DNA of 64,000 bases, taken from Kofleriaceae bacterium. GTDB taxonomy: Bacteria; Myxococcota_A; Polyangia; Haliangiales; Haliangiaceae. The DNA is taken from contig CBDCCZ010000039.1 of assembly GCA_965215005.1 (NCBI GenBank), positions 42,572-106,571 on the forward strand. Reading direction: 5' to 3'. Below the pieces are notes generated by a model. It saw only the letters and a list, made by a program, of their open reading frames with translations, was not told the origin of the DNA and ran no database searches. Shown piece after piece: positions 16,494 to 26,138 of this stretch; positions within the stretch are counted from its first letter, which is position 1; each line of letters begins with the position of its first letter. Position numbers and translations under genes: made by a program.

Positions 16494-19253
16494 CTAAGGG
16501 CGCTCGATGCGGAACGGCACGTTGGGAACGGTGATCCCGGGCGCGGTGATGGTGAGGGTGCCTTCGGCAACGATGGGACCGCCATCGGTGCGCAGCGTGG
16601 CGGTGATCGAGCGGGCATCGGCGAGAGCGCGGGGTCCCAGCGGCATCGCGAAGGACGACATGGTGAAGGATGAAGCATCGATGCGCACCCAGCCGTCTTG
16701 CTGCTGCGTAGGCACCGCAGCAGGACGAATTTCGATGGGCACAGCGCCACCGTTGCCGTCACCAGGCGAGACCTGCAGGCGCATCTCGACGTCGGTCGGT
16801 GGGCCGCCAAAGGCCACTGTCACGAGCATGCGCAAGCTGTCACTCGGCAGTGGCTGGGGCGCCGCGGCGACCTCGAAGTCGATAGTGCGGTCCGCGTTGA
16901 GACTGCCTCCCGTGAGGAACGGCAGCCCTTCGCCCACGACGTAGCGATACCGGCCGGCGGCCAGCGGCTCGGCCGGCACGAAGCCGATGCGCTGGCCCTC
17001 GAGCACCACCGCGCCTGCCACCGGCTGGTCGTCTTCATCAATGAGCTTCACGTGCTGCGCAGCAAGCTCCTCGGCGCTGCTCGACTGCGAGCTATCCACC
17101 GGCTCAGAGAAGGCAAGCCACGGGCGGGCATCGGGATACACCGCGGTGGCGTCTTTCTCCGGCCACTGCCCCAGCGGCGCTGCTCCTTTGGCCGTGAGCT
17201 GGCTGACGAAGGCAAGCAGGTCAGCCTGCTCCTGATCATCGAGCTCTGCCTCGGTGTAATCGATGGCGACCGCGAGGGCCTCGGGAATCCCCTTGGCTTG
17301 GCCGTGAACGAAGTAGATGCCGTGGCGATAGACGCCGAGCAGCGACGGCACATCGGCGGGCACGCCGGACTTGCCTACCTCGATCATTTGACGGCTCGTG
17401 TACAGCGGCGGCGTGTGGCAGAGCGAGCACTTCGCTTTGCCCTCGAACAGCGCCTCGCCGCGCAACGCGGCTTCCGTGTAGCTACCGTCGAGGCGGGTGT
17501 GTTGGTTGGCGGCCGGGGCGCCGATGAGCGATCCTAGAAACGCTTCGAGTGCGGCTGCCTCCTCCGCCGCCACGGGTCGCGCGACAATCGAGGCCGGCCC
17601 TTGGTAAGCGAAGTTCTCATAGCGCGATACGTACCCGGCCCAGCCGATGGGCTCAGTGGCCGCCAGCAGCTGAATCGGCCGCACGTTGGCCCAGTCACGC
17701 GGGCCAAAGCGCCACCGCATCCCCTCGTTCTGTGCCTCGACGTGGCAGCTCGAGCACGAGTGTTGGCTGGCGTAATCGCCGCCAGGACGGGTAAAGATTT
17801 GCTCCCCCGCCGCCACGTCTGCAGGGCGGGCATCGTCGGCGAGCCTCACCGAGGTAACGCCGCTCGAGCCGATGATCCAGAGCTCGAGACTCATGTAGCA
17901 GTGCACCGCCACCGCTCCGTCGCCCAAGTCGATGAGTTGGCGCGGCCCGGCACCAACTTCAAAGCGCGCCCGCTCCTCCAAGGTCTGCCGATCGAGCTGC
18001 ACTACAATGCCCGACGATTCGGCAGCAACCCATATCGAGTCGCCAGCGAGCAACACGCCGGAAGGATTGACCACCACGGCTGCGGCGCTCGGCTGCCGCG
18101 ACAGATCGGCGCGACGCAGCGTCTGGGCGAGATTTTCGGCCTCACCGACCAGCACTTGATGTACGAACGAGCTGCCGTCGGCCTGCGAGGGAATGGGGTC
18201 TCCTGCGGTGCCGACCACCGCCAGCTCGTCACCATCGACATCGATGGCGCGGAGCTCCGCCGATAAGCCGCTCACCCGATCGATCACCTCGGCGGTGGCG
18301 GTGTCGACGATCCACAGATCTTCATCATCGCCTGGGCCATAGTCGCGCATGGTGTCGACGTCTCGGTCGCCGGAGCGATACGAAGCCACAAACAACCGGC
18401 TGCCATCTTCGGAGAGAGCCATCGCGCGCGGATCGAAACCCACCTCGATGCGCTCGCTCACGACCCGCGCCTCCACATCGACCACCGCGACCTCGCCCAT
18501 CGTCGGCAGGCTCACATACGCCCGCGCGCCATCCGGCGACAGCAACACCGCGGTCGGCTCGTCGCCGACCCACAGCGCATCCTCCAACACACCGCGGTCG
18601 CGATCGATGAAGCCCAACGTATCGCTGCCGCGCTGCGCGACCAGGACATAGGGCAATCCGTCATCGCCGGCGACCGAGCTCGGCCACGCGCCCACGGTCA
18701 CTTCGTCGGCAACGCGCCAGCCGTTGTCATTTACCAGCCTAGTGACTGAGTAGGTCGCGCCGTTGGCGACCCAGATCTCGTCGCCGACCCGCGTCGCGCC
18801 GTAGAGCGGCGTTAGATAATGGTTGCGGAACCGCTCCGCCAGGGACCGCGCCACCACCGTGAGCTCGAGCTCCTCGGCCAACCCGGTGACCGCAAACCGA
18901 TATTGCCCGGCGACATCGGGCGTGAAGCGCGGCGACGAAGTGCCTTCGCTGTACACGCGGTTTTCGCTGCCGGCCGGCGCCTCGGTGACGGTCCAGCTGG
19001 CGCCGTCTGGGCAGCTGGAGGCCAGCGAGGGCAGATAGAAAGTTTCGCCGAGCGTATGACTGCGGGGGTTCTGCAGCGGCAAGAGCTCGCCAACACACGC
19101 TGGCGTGGCCCCTGGATCGGTGGGCTCTGTTGGATCCGTGGGGTCGGTCGGGTCCGTCCCAGAGCCATCGCTGCCGTCTCCGCAGCCAGCCGCCAAGCTC
19201 AGGGTGGCGAGCGCGGCAAGCGCGCACAATGTGAAGGTGCTACGGGTGTGCAT
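16494..19253 (-). CDS. Lipoprotein with YVTN-type beta-propeller, di-heme cytochrome c (peroxidase/MauG-like) and Ig-like domain
   Basis: Lipobox LAAG-C, TDP linker repeats, propeller repeats (VGDEPTAVLLSPDG.RAYV; VGFDPRAMALSEDGSRLFV), CSSCH and CSLCH, RGEALFEGKAKC and VPSLLGV peroxidase-like motifs, FSEPVD...F.PAEPL Ig-like segment. Confidence 0.8.
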   Translation of the reverse strand: MHTRSTFTLCALAALATLSLAAGCGDGSDGSGTDPTDPTDPTEPTDPGATPACVGELLPLQNPRSHTLGETFYLPSLASSCPDGASWTVTEAPAGSENRVYSEGTSSPRFTPDVAGQYRFAVTGLAEELELTVVARSLAERFRNHYLTPLYGATRVGDEIWVANGATYSVTRLVNDNGWRVADEVTVGAWPSSVAGDDGLPYVLVAQRGSDTLGFIDRDRGVLEDALWVGDEPTAVLLSPDGARAYVSLPTMGEVAVVDVEARVVSERIEVGFDPRAMALSEDGSRLFVASYRSGDRDVDTMRDYGPGDDEDLWIVDTATAEVIDRVSGLSAELRAIDVDGDELAVVGTAGDPIPSQADGSSFVHQVLVGEAENLAQTLRRADLSRQPSAAAVVVNPSGVLLAGDSIWVAAESSGIVVQLDRQTLEERARFEVGAGPRQLIDLGDGAVAVHCYMSLELWIIGSSGVTSVRLADDARPADVAAGEQIFTRPGGDYASQHSCSSCHVEAQNEGMRWRFGPRDWANVRPIQLLAATEPIGWAGYVSRYENFAYQGPASIVARPVAAEEAAALEAFLGSLIGAPAANQHTRLDGSYTEAALRGEALFEGKAKCSLCHTPPLYTSRQMIEVGKSGVPADVPSLLGVYRHGIYFVHGQAKGIPEALAVAIDYTEAELDDQEQADLLAFVSQLTAKGAAPLGQWPEKDATAVYPDARPWLAFSEPVDSSQSSSAEELAAQHVKLIDEDDQPVAGAVVLEGQRIGFVPAEPLAAGRYRYVVGEGLPFLTGGSLNADRTIDFEVAAAPQPLPSDSLRMLVTVAFGGPPTDVEMRLQVSPGDGNGGAVPIEIRPAAVPTQQQDGWVRIDASSFTMSSFAMPLGPRALADARSITATLRTDGGPIVAEGTLTITAPGITVPNVPFRIERP

Positions 19254-19384
19254 TGCCGCGTAACCTGCCGCCACTCCTACGAGAGTTCGGTGTTGATTTG
19301 GCTGCAATTATGTCGGCTTTTGTCCCGCCAATCAGGCAAGTAAGCTACATCACCCAAATCGCCCTACCACCGCTCTGCCCGGGC

Positions 19385-20503
19385 TCAGCCCCCGCGATGC
19401 TCTCGCACGATGCCGAGCATCCGCCGCAGCGGCTCGGCGGCTCCCCACAGCAGCTGATCGCCCACCGAAAACGCAGTCAGATACTCGGGTCCCATCCGCA
19501 TCTTGCGCAGCCGCCCCACCGGCACCTCCAGCGTTCCCGTCACCGCCGCCGGCGTGAGCTGCGCCAAGGTGGCCTCCTTGGTGTTTTCCACCACCTTCGT
19601 CCACGGATGCGCCTCGGAGATGATCGCCTCCAATTCATCGAGCGGCACGTCTTTGCGCAGCTTGATCGTGAAGCCTTGAGCGTGACACCGCATGGCTCCG
19701 ATCCGAACGCACTGGCCATCCACCGGGATGGGCGTTTTCGTGGCCAAGATCTTGTTGCTCTCGGCAAAGCCTTTCCATTCTTCCCGCGTCTGTCCGCCTT
19801 CCACGGCCCGGTCGATCCACGGCAACAAGTTGCCAGCGAGTGGATAGCCGAAGTTGCCGATGGGAAAGTCCGCGTGCCGCAACCGCTCGGTGATGAGCCG
19901 ATCGAACTCCACCGCGCCGACCGCCGGATCCGCCAGAGCGGTAGCGGCGGCCTGCGACAGCGCGGCCATCTGCGCAATGAGCTCGCGCATATGCGCCGCA
20001 CCAGCGCCCGAAGCAGCCTGGTACGTCATCGTGCTCACCCACTCGACCAGCCCTGCATCGTAGAGACCAGCAAGCCCCATGAGCATCAGGCTCGTGGTGC
20101 AGTTAGGCCCTACGAAGGTCTTGCGGCCCTCGCGAAGGCCGCTGTCGATCACCCGCCGGTTCACCGGATCGAGGATGAGCACCGCCTCGTCTTGCATGCG
20201 CAGCGCCGACGCCGCATCGATCCAATAGCCCTGCCACCCGGCCGCGCGCAGCTTCGGATAGACCTCCTGGGTGTAGTCGCCGCCCTGACACGACACCAGG
20301 ACGTCAAATTTCGCCAGCGTGTCGATGGCGCCAGCGTCGAGCAGCGGTCGCGCTTCGCCAGCCACATTTGGCCCCGGCTTGCCCGGGCTAGAGGTCGAGA
20401 AGAAGCTCGCGTCGAGCCCATCGAAATCGCCTTCCGCGCGCATGCGGTCCAGGAGAACCGAGCCAACCATGCCGCGCCAGCCGATGAAACCGGTCTTCAT
20501 CAT
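19385..20503 (-). CDS. asd: Aspartate-semialdehyde dehydrogenase (beta/gamma-proteobacterial type)
   Basis: GWRGMVGSVL, CQGGDYT, YWIDAASALRM, catalytic NCT, MTYQAASGAG, REEWKG, MRCH, GDQLLWGAAEPL. Confidence 0.97.
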   Translation of the reverse strand: MMKTGFIGWRGMVGSVLLDRMRAEGDFDGLDASFFSTSSPGKPGPNVAGEARPLLDAGAIDTLAKFDVLVSCQGGDYTQEVYPKLRAAGWQGYWIDAASALRMQDEAVLILDPVNRRVIDSGLREGRKTFVGPNCTTSLMLMGLAGLYDAGLVEWVSTMTYQAASGAGAAHMRELIAQMAALSQAAATALADPAVGAVEFDRLITERLRHADFPIGNFGYPLAGNLLPWIDRAVEGGQTREEWKGFAESNKILATKTPIPVDGQCVRIGAMRCHAQGFTIKLRKDVPLDELEAIISEAHPWTKVVENTKEATLAQLTPAAVTGTLEVPVGRLRKMRMGPEYLTAFSVGDQLLWGAAEPLRRMLGIVREHRGG

Positions 20504-20655
20504 GCCCCGTTCCTTACCACAGTCGCTGCGTCTCGCCGGCAACTCCTCGAGCTTGCTCTGCGCCCTCGGCCTACATCGCCGCTCATCAACGCGCGACGCA
20601 GTCGCCTACTTGGCTCGGGTGTCGCTTTTGTCTCCAGAACCGCCGCGCATCGCCG

Positions 20656-23600
20656 ATGCTAAAGCTACTGATGCGTAGCTCCCGGACAGAAGCTCTCGGC
20701 GGTGGCCGATTCGAGCTCCGCCGCATGCTGGGCGAAGGCGGCATGGGCGTCGTGTATGAGGCCTACGACCGCGAGCGCCGGTCCCTGGTGGCGCTCAAGA
20801 CCCTGCGCAGCCTTGAGCCAGATGCCCTGCTGCGCTTCAAGTCCGAGTTCCGCCGCCTCAGTAACCTCGTGCATCCCAACCTGGTGGCGTTTGGCGAGCT
20901 CGTCGATCACGACGGACAGCCGTTCTTCACCATGGAGCTGATCCGCGGCACCGAATTTCTCCGCTACGTGCGGCCGGGCCCCGCCGATGCCCCAGCGGCC
21001 GAGGGCACCGCCGCCGTCGAGCTCCCCGAAGATCTACAAAGCACACAAAGCTCGCTGTTCGCGGTCATGGGCGATGGCGACCATTCCGCCAGCGCCCCGC
21101 TGCCCTGCCGGCCGCTGCGCGCCGCACGATTCGACGAGCTGCGCCTGCGCAACAGTCTCACCCAGCTCGCCTCTGGGCTCGAAGCGCTCCATCAGAGCGG
21201 GATGGTCCATCGCGATATCAAGCCGTCGAATCTGCTCATCACCGACAGCGGCCGGCTCGTGATCCTCGATTTTGGCCTGGTGACCGATGCCGGCACCGAT
21301 CGCATCACCGATCAGGACCAGGTGGTTGGCACCGTCACGTATATGGCGCCAGAGCAGATGCGCTCGGCGGCGGTCGACGCGGCTGCCGACTGCTATTCGC
21401 TCGGGGTCATCTTGTACATCGCCCTCACCGGCGAGCGGCCGTTTTCCGGCAATCTCTATCAAATCCTGCGCAGCAAAGAACGCGAGCTTCCGGCACTGCC
21501 AAGCAGCTATGTCGACGGCGTTCCATCCGATCTCGAGACGCTTTGTATGGCCCTTTTGTCGTCCACGCCGGCGCAGCGTCCAACCGCGTCAGACGTGCTC
21601 GCGAGCGCTACTCGACACCAGCCAGCGCCGACCGTCAATGCCACCACGAGCATCGGCTTCGTAGGCCGCATCGACGAGCTACGCCTGGTGCGTGAAGCGC
21701 TCATGACCAGCCGAAGTCAGCCATGTGGGTGCGTCTTCGCGGGCGTCTCGGGCATCGGCAAATCGGCGCTGCTGCAGCAGGTTGGCGAGCGCGCCCGCGA
21801 GCTCGATGGCGCAGTGGTGTTGCACGGGCGCTGTTATCAGCGCGAGTCGATGCCGTACAAGGGCCTCGATGAGCTCGTCGATGAGCTCGCCGCCTATCTG
21901 CGCGAGCTCGAGCCAGCGGAAATCGACCGTCTCATTCCCAACGATGCCGGACTGTTGCCGCGAGTGTTTTCGGTGCTGCGGCGGATTCCGGCGCTCCGCG
22001 CGAGCGAGAGCGTGCAACCCCTCGGTGGTGCAGGACACGAGCTCCGCAGCGCGGCGTTCGCAGCGATGCGCGAGCTACTCCGCCGCCTCGCCGATGGGCG
22101 CCCCCTGGTGCTGATCATCGACGACGTGCAGTGGAGCGACGCCGATAGCCTGGCGCTGCTCAGCGAGCTTCTCAAAGCACCCGAAGCCCCGGCAGCGCTG
22201 CTGGTGCTCGCGCTGCGCACCGATGCCGACAGCCCGACGCTCACCCTCGAGACCCTGCAGCGCGCGCTTCCCATCGAGCTCCACCGAATCGATCTCGATA
22301 ACCTCTCGCTCGCCGACGCTCATGCGCTGACGCAGCGTTTGATCTCCGAGCATGGCGGCCGCATCGACGCTGCGGCGATCGCCGTCGAGTCGGCGGGCCA
22401 TCCGCTGTTCATCGATTCCTTGGTGCGTTACCGAATCGCTCAACCCGACGAAGAACGTCCGGTTAAGCTCGAAGAAGCCCTGTGGTGGCGAATTCAACGC
22501 CTAGACGCCGCAGCCCGCGAGCTACTCGAGCTGGTGTGCGTGGCCGGGCGTCCTGTCGAACGAGCAACCGCCGCACGGGCCACCAGCCCCGACCCCGCGC
22601 AGCTGGATCGGCTCTGCGGGCTCCTCGCGAGCGCGCATCTCATGCGTCAAGGCGGCGCCGGCGATAGCGGATTGCTCGAGCCATTCCACGACCGGGTTCG
22701 CGCCGCGGTGGTCCATCACCTCTCGGAAACGCAGCGTGCTCACTGGCATGGCCGGCTGGCGCTAGCGCTGGAGAGCACCGGCTCAGTCGATGTCGAGCGA
22801 CTTGGCGATCACTGGCGAGCCGCGGGTGAAGCGCGTCGCGCTGGAGAGTATTTCGAGCGCGCTGCGATCGAAGCCAAAGACGCGTTGGCGTTCGATCGCG
22901 CCGCCAGATTGTTTGCGGCGTGTCTCGAGCTCGCCAGCAATATCACCAGCGAGCGTGAGCGCGAGCTGCGCATCGCCATGGGCGACGCGTTGGTGGCGGC
23001 TGGACGCGGCTACGCTGGCGCCGAGCAATATTTGCGAGCGGCCAGCGGCGCCAGTCCCGCGATGGGGCTCGAGCTGCGCCGGCGGGCGGCGGAGCATCAA
23101 ATTCGCAGCGGGCACATCGACGCCGGCATGCGCGATCTCGATGCGGTGCTCCGCGAGGTCGGCCTCACCCTGCCGCAAACGCCACGGCAGGCGCTGGCGC
23201 ATCTGCTGTGGCGACGGTTGCGGCTCAAGGTGCGCGGGCTCAGATATCGGCTGCGTTCGAGCGACGACTTGACGCCAAGGCAGCGCACGCGAATCGATGC
23301 GTGTTGGTCGGCGGCCGCGTCGCTGGCGCTGGTCGACCCGCTGCGCGGCGTGTTGTTCCAGTCGCACAACCTGGCGCTGGCCCTGCAATGCGGCGAGCCG
23401 TATCGGGTTGCGCGCGCCCTCGCCGTGGAGGCGTGCTTCGTCTCCAACGCCGGTCCGAAGAAACGCAATCGCTGCCGAGAGCTGTGTGAGCAATCGCGCG
23501 CGCTAGCGAACTCGATCGAGGATCCCCACGCGCTGGCGTGGGCACGAACCGCCGAGGGCGCGGTAGCGTACTTGTTCGGCGACTGGCGCGCAGCTGTGGA

Positions 23601-24441
23601 AATCTGCCGCGACGGCGAAGAGAGGATGCGTCGCGTTGCCGGCGGCACGACCTGGGAGATCAACACTCTGCAGCTCTTTGGTCTGGCTTCGTCGCTCATC
23701 ACCGGCGACTTGCAGACCCTCTACGAGCTGCTCCCCGTGCGGCTGCGCGAGGCTGAAGATCGGGGCGATCTTTGGGCCGCTTTCAACCTGCGCACCGGCC
23801 ACGTCAATGCCGCGTGGCTAGCGCGCGGCGACGTCGCCCGCGCGCGCCGCCTTGCCGGCGAAGCGGCCAGCAACTTGTCGACACGGGGATTCTTCGTACA
23901 TCACTATTACGACCTGCTGGCGCACACGCAGATCGCCTTGTACGAGGGCGATGTCGCGGCGGCGCGCCAGCTCGTTCTCGCGCACTGGCCAGCATTTACC
24001 GGCTCCATGCTCACGCGGGTGCACCAAGTGCGCGCGTTTGCCTGGCACTTGCGCGCGCGCACCGCCGTTGCCGCTGCCGCCTACGCTAGCGCCGCCGAGC
24101 AGCCGCCGCTATTGCGCGAGGCGCGACAGATCGCCAAACGACTCCGGCGTGAAGGCGCCGCGTGGTGCACGGCGCTCGCGCTTGCCATCGAAGCCGGAGC
24201 AACCACGGTGAGCGGCCCCGCAGAGGCCGCTCGCGCCGCTCTGGCAACCGCACAACACGCCTTGGAAGCCGCCGACATGCAGCTCCACGCCGCCGCGTTG
24301 CGCCACCTGGCAAGCGCTCACTACGACGGCGAGGTCGGCACCCGGCTCGGCGCCGATACCCACGAGTGGTTTGCCGAGCGAAGCGTGCCCGAGCCGGCCA
24401 AGCTCGCGTTCATGCTGGTTCCGGGCGCGCGTCAACGCTGA
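20656..24441 (+). CDS. Ser/Thr protein kinase - STAND/AAA ATPase - TPR-like fusion (paralog 2)
   Basis: GEGGMGVVY, VALK, HRDIKPSN, DFG, APE; Walker A GVSGIGKS; Walker B LIIDDVQW; AGHPLF; colinear with paralog 1 along its length. Confidence 0.93.
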   Translation: MLKLLMRSSRTEALGGGRFELRRMLGEGGMGVVYEAYDRERRSLVALKTLRSLEPDALLRFKSEFRRLSNLVHPNLVAFGELVDHDGQPFFTMELIRGTEFLRYVRPGPADAPAAEGTAAVELPEDLQSTQSSLFAVMGDGDHSASAPLPCRPLRAARFDELRLRNSLTQLASGLEALHQSGMVHRDIKPSNLLITDSGRLVILDFGLVTDAGTDRITDQDQVVGTVTYMAPEQMRSAAVDAAADCYSLGVILYIALTGERPFSGNLYQILRSKERELPALPSSYVDGVPSDLETLCMALLSSTPAQRPTASDVLASATRHQPAPTVNATTSIGFVGRIDELRLVREALMTSRSQPCGCVFAGVSGIGKSALLQQVGERARELDGAVVLHGRCYQRESMPYKGLDELVDELAAYLRELEPAEIDRLIPNDAGLLPRVFSVLRRIPALRASESVQPLGGAGHELRSAAFAAMRELLRRLADGRPLVLIIDDVQWSDADSLALLSELLKAPEAPAALLVLALRTDADSPTLTLETLQRALPIELHRIDLDNLSLADAHALTQRLISEHGGRIDAAAIAVESAGHPLFIDSLVRYRIAQPDEERPVKLEEALWWRIQRLDAAARELLELVCVAGRPVERATAARATSPDPAQLDRLCGLLASAHLMRQGGAGDSGLLEPFHDRVRAAVVHHLSETQRAHWHGRLALALESTGSVDVERLGDHWRAAGEARRAGEYFERAAIEAKDALAFDRAARLFAACLELASNITSERERELRIAMGDALVAAGRGYAGAEQYLRAASGASPAMGLELRRRAAEHQIRSGHIDAGMRDLDAVLREVGLTLPQTPRQALAHLLWRRLRLKVRGLRYRLRSSDDLTPRQRTRIDACWSAAASLALVDPLRGVLFQSHNLALALQCGEPYRVARALAVEACFVSNAGPKKRNRCRELCEQSRALANSIEDPHALAWARTAEGAVAYLFGDWRAAVEICRDGEERMRRVAGGTTWEINTLQLFGLASSLITGDLQTLYELLPVRLREAEDRGDLWAAFNLRTGHVNAAWLARGDVARARRLAGEAASNLSTRGFFVHHYYDLLAHTQIALYEGDVAAARQLVLAHWPAFTGSMLTRVHQVRAFAWHLRARTAVAAAAYASAAEQPPLLREARQIAKRLRREGAAWCTALALAIEAGATTVSGPAEAARAALATAQHALEAADMQLHAAALRHLASAHYDGEVGTRLGADTHEWFAERSVPEPAKLAFMLVPGARQR

Positions 24442-24446
24442 GATGG

Positions 24447-26138
24447 TCAGCGAACCTCACGCCACAGACCAACCGGCAATAGATAGTCGCGAACCGCGCG
24501 CAGGTGAACTTCGACTCGCGGACTGGTTGCGTCGGGCGTGAGCCGCCGCAACCGCAGCGTGAGATACGGATCGTCGGCAAAGGCCTGGCCGTGCTCGCTC
24601 ATCAACTTGCGGACTGCCGCGCGGAGCTCGATTCGCGGCTCGGCGGCGATGCCGGTAGCGACGATGACGTCAGCCGCTGCGGTGCGGTTCCATCGCAGCT
24701 GCCAGCCGTAACGCTGCTCCAGGGTCCGCAGCCCTGCCATCACCTCCAGATCCTCGAATCGCACCTCATAGCCATTGTCGACGCGCGGCTCATCGAAGCC
24801 GACCATGCGCTCGAAGACGTAGCGCAATACCTTGTTACGCCGGGCCATGAGCACGTCCGTCACCAACGCCGCAGCCTCCTCTCGCTGATAGGCCGCCGTG
24901 CTCACCGCGGCTTCGACGTGCTCACGCTGAAAGTGCGCCATGATCGAAGCAGCCCAAAATTCGTCCTCGGCGGTGACTTCGTCGAAGGCGGGATTGGGCA
25001 TGATCGGGCGCCAGCGCTGGGGATCGAAGTACTCGGACTCGAAGATTCCCACTGATCGATAGGGGCTGCGTTGCGCGCCCAGCCAGTAGGGATACCTCAA
25101 CCCGAGGCCAAACATTCTCTTGAACACCTGGCTCCAGTCGATGCGGTATTCGTAGCCTTCACCGGCGTGCTTCTCGCGATCGCCGACCGCTCCGAGCGAG
25201 TCACCAAAGTCGATGAGGTAGTGGCGCACGTAGCCGAGATTTCGCTCCGCATCGACCTCGATGAACGCATCGATGGTGTTTTGGCTGCGGGTATCGGTGT
25301 TGTTTAGCCAAGCGGAGAAGAGTCGCAATCCGCGGAGGCTACGGCGTCGCTCGTGCGGAATGTTGTCGTTGGGGTCGTCGGCGCGCACGCCGCGATAGCG
25401 AAACGGCCCCACGGCACGCCCAGGTACCTGCCGGCTAAACAACGCATGCACGCGGCCTTCGCTGTTGGCGTTGAGCTGCAGGATGAGGACCCCGAGCGCT
25501 TCCTGGGTGAGCGGAATCGTGCGGTTGTAGTCGTCCACGGTGGTCGCGTTACTGGCCAGTCGCAGCCGCGACAGGTCGAGCTCGAGCAGATATGTCTCGG
25601 GCACCCAATACCCGGCCGCCCACACCAGCCGCGAGGCAGTCATCTCAGCGCCGGTGGTCAGCTGCGGAAAGCCAGGAGGGTCGAATTTGACGAACCAGAC
25701 CACTCCCTGGGAGTCGCGCACAACGGTGCCAGGCGTAGCGCCCTCAGTCTTGCCGCTGATGACGAGCAGCGAACCAGGGGCGGGACCAAATCCGGTGTTT
25801 GGCCCCTTCGCGACTGCCTCTGGGGTCAACACGTAGCGGCCCATCCGATTCGTAAACCACGTCGAGTCGGCAACCTCACCAAAGGCGTTCACATCGAGCG
25901 CGGGCCGCGACTCGGTGGCGGCATCGATCCAGCGCGCCGGGCTCAGTAACTTCGCGAACGGCACCACAGTGGTGTGCAGCGCGGTGTTCCACCAGTCGGT
26001 AGGGATTCCGCTGGTGATCGGTTGCCGGTGCAGCAGCTCCACCGGCGCACGCTGATAGATCTCATCGTGCGGGGATTTCTTCCAGGCGGGAACGCACGCA
26101 GCGACAGTGGTAATGAGCAGAGCTAGAGCGAGCCGCAT
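24447..26138 (-). CDS. Lipoprotein with atypical (HipA/PI3K-like) kinase-fold domain
   Basis: Lipobox VAA-C; GKTEGATP loop, FVKFD Lys, GAE Glu, WLNNTDTRSQN catalytic-loop-like segment, YLIDFG. Confidence 0.7.
   Translation of the reverse strand: MRLALALLITTVAACVPAWKKSPHDEIYQRAPVELLHRQPITSGIPTDWWNTALHTTVVPFAKLLSPARWIDAATESRPALDVNAFGEVADSTWFTNRMGRYVLTPEAVAKGPNTGFGPAPGSLLVISGKTEGATPGTVVRDSQGVVWFVKFDPPGFPQLTTGAEMTASRLVWAAGYWVPETYLLELDLSRLRLASNATTVDDYNRTIPLTQEALGVLILQLNANSEGRVHALFSRQVPGRAVGPFRYRGVRADDPNDNIPHERRRSLRGLRLFSAWLNNTDTRSQNTIDAFIEVDAERNLGYVRHYLIDFGDSLGAVGDREKHAGEGYEYRIDWSQVFKRMFGLGLRYPYWLGAQRSPYRSVGIFESEYFDPQRWRPIMPNPAFDEVTAEDEFWAASIMAHFQREHVEAAVSTAAYQREEAAALVTDVLMARRNKVLRYVFERMVGFDEPRVDNGYEVRFEDLEVMAGLRTLEQRYGWQLRWNRTAAADVIVATGIAAEPRIELRAAVRKLMSEHGQAFADDPYLTLRLRRLTPDATSPRVEVHLRAVRDYLLPVGLWREVR

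Noticed and set aside
20611..20626. Weak GG-N10-GC matches here and at 52551-52566
   Set aside because: Poorer -12 context or no suitably placed start; such matches arise often by chance in GC-rich DNA.
19253..20662. 469-aa + strand ORF antisense to asd
   Set aside because: Shadow frame of a clearly conserved gene; no motifs. Long antisense ORFs are expected at high GC.
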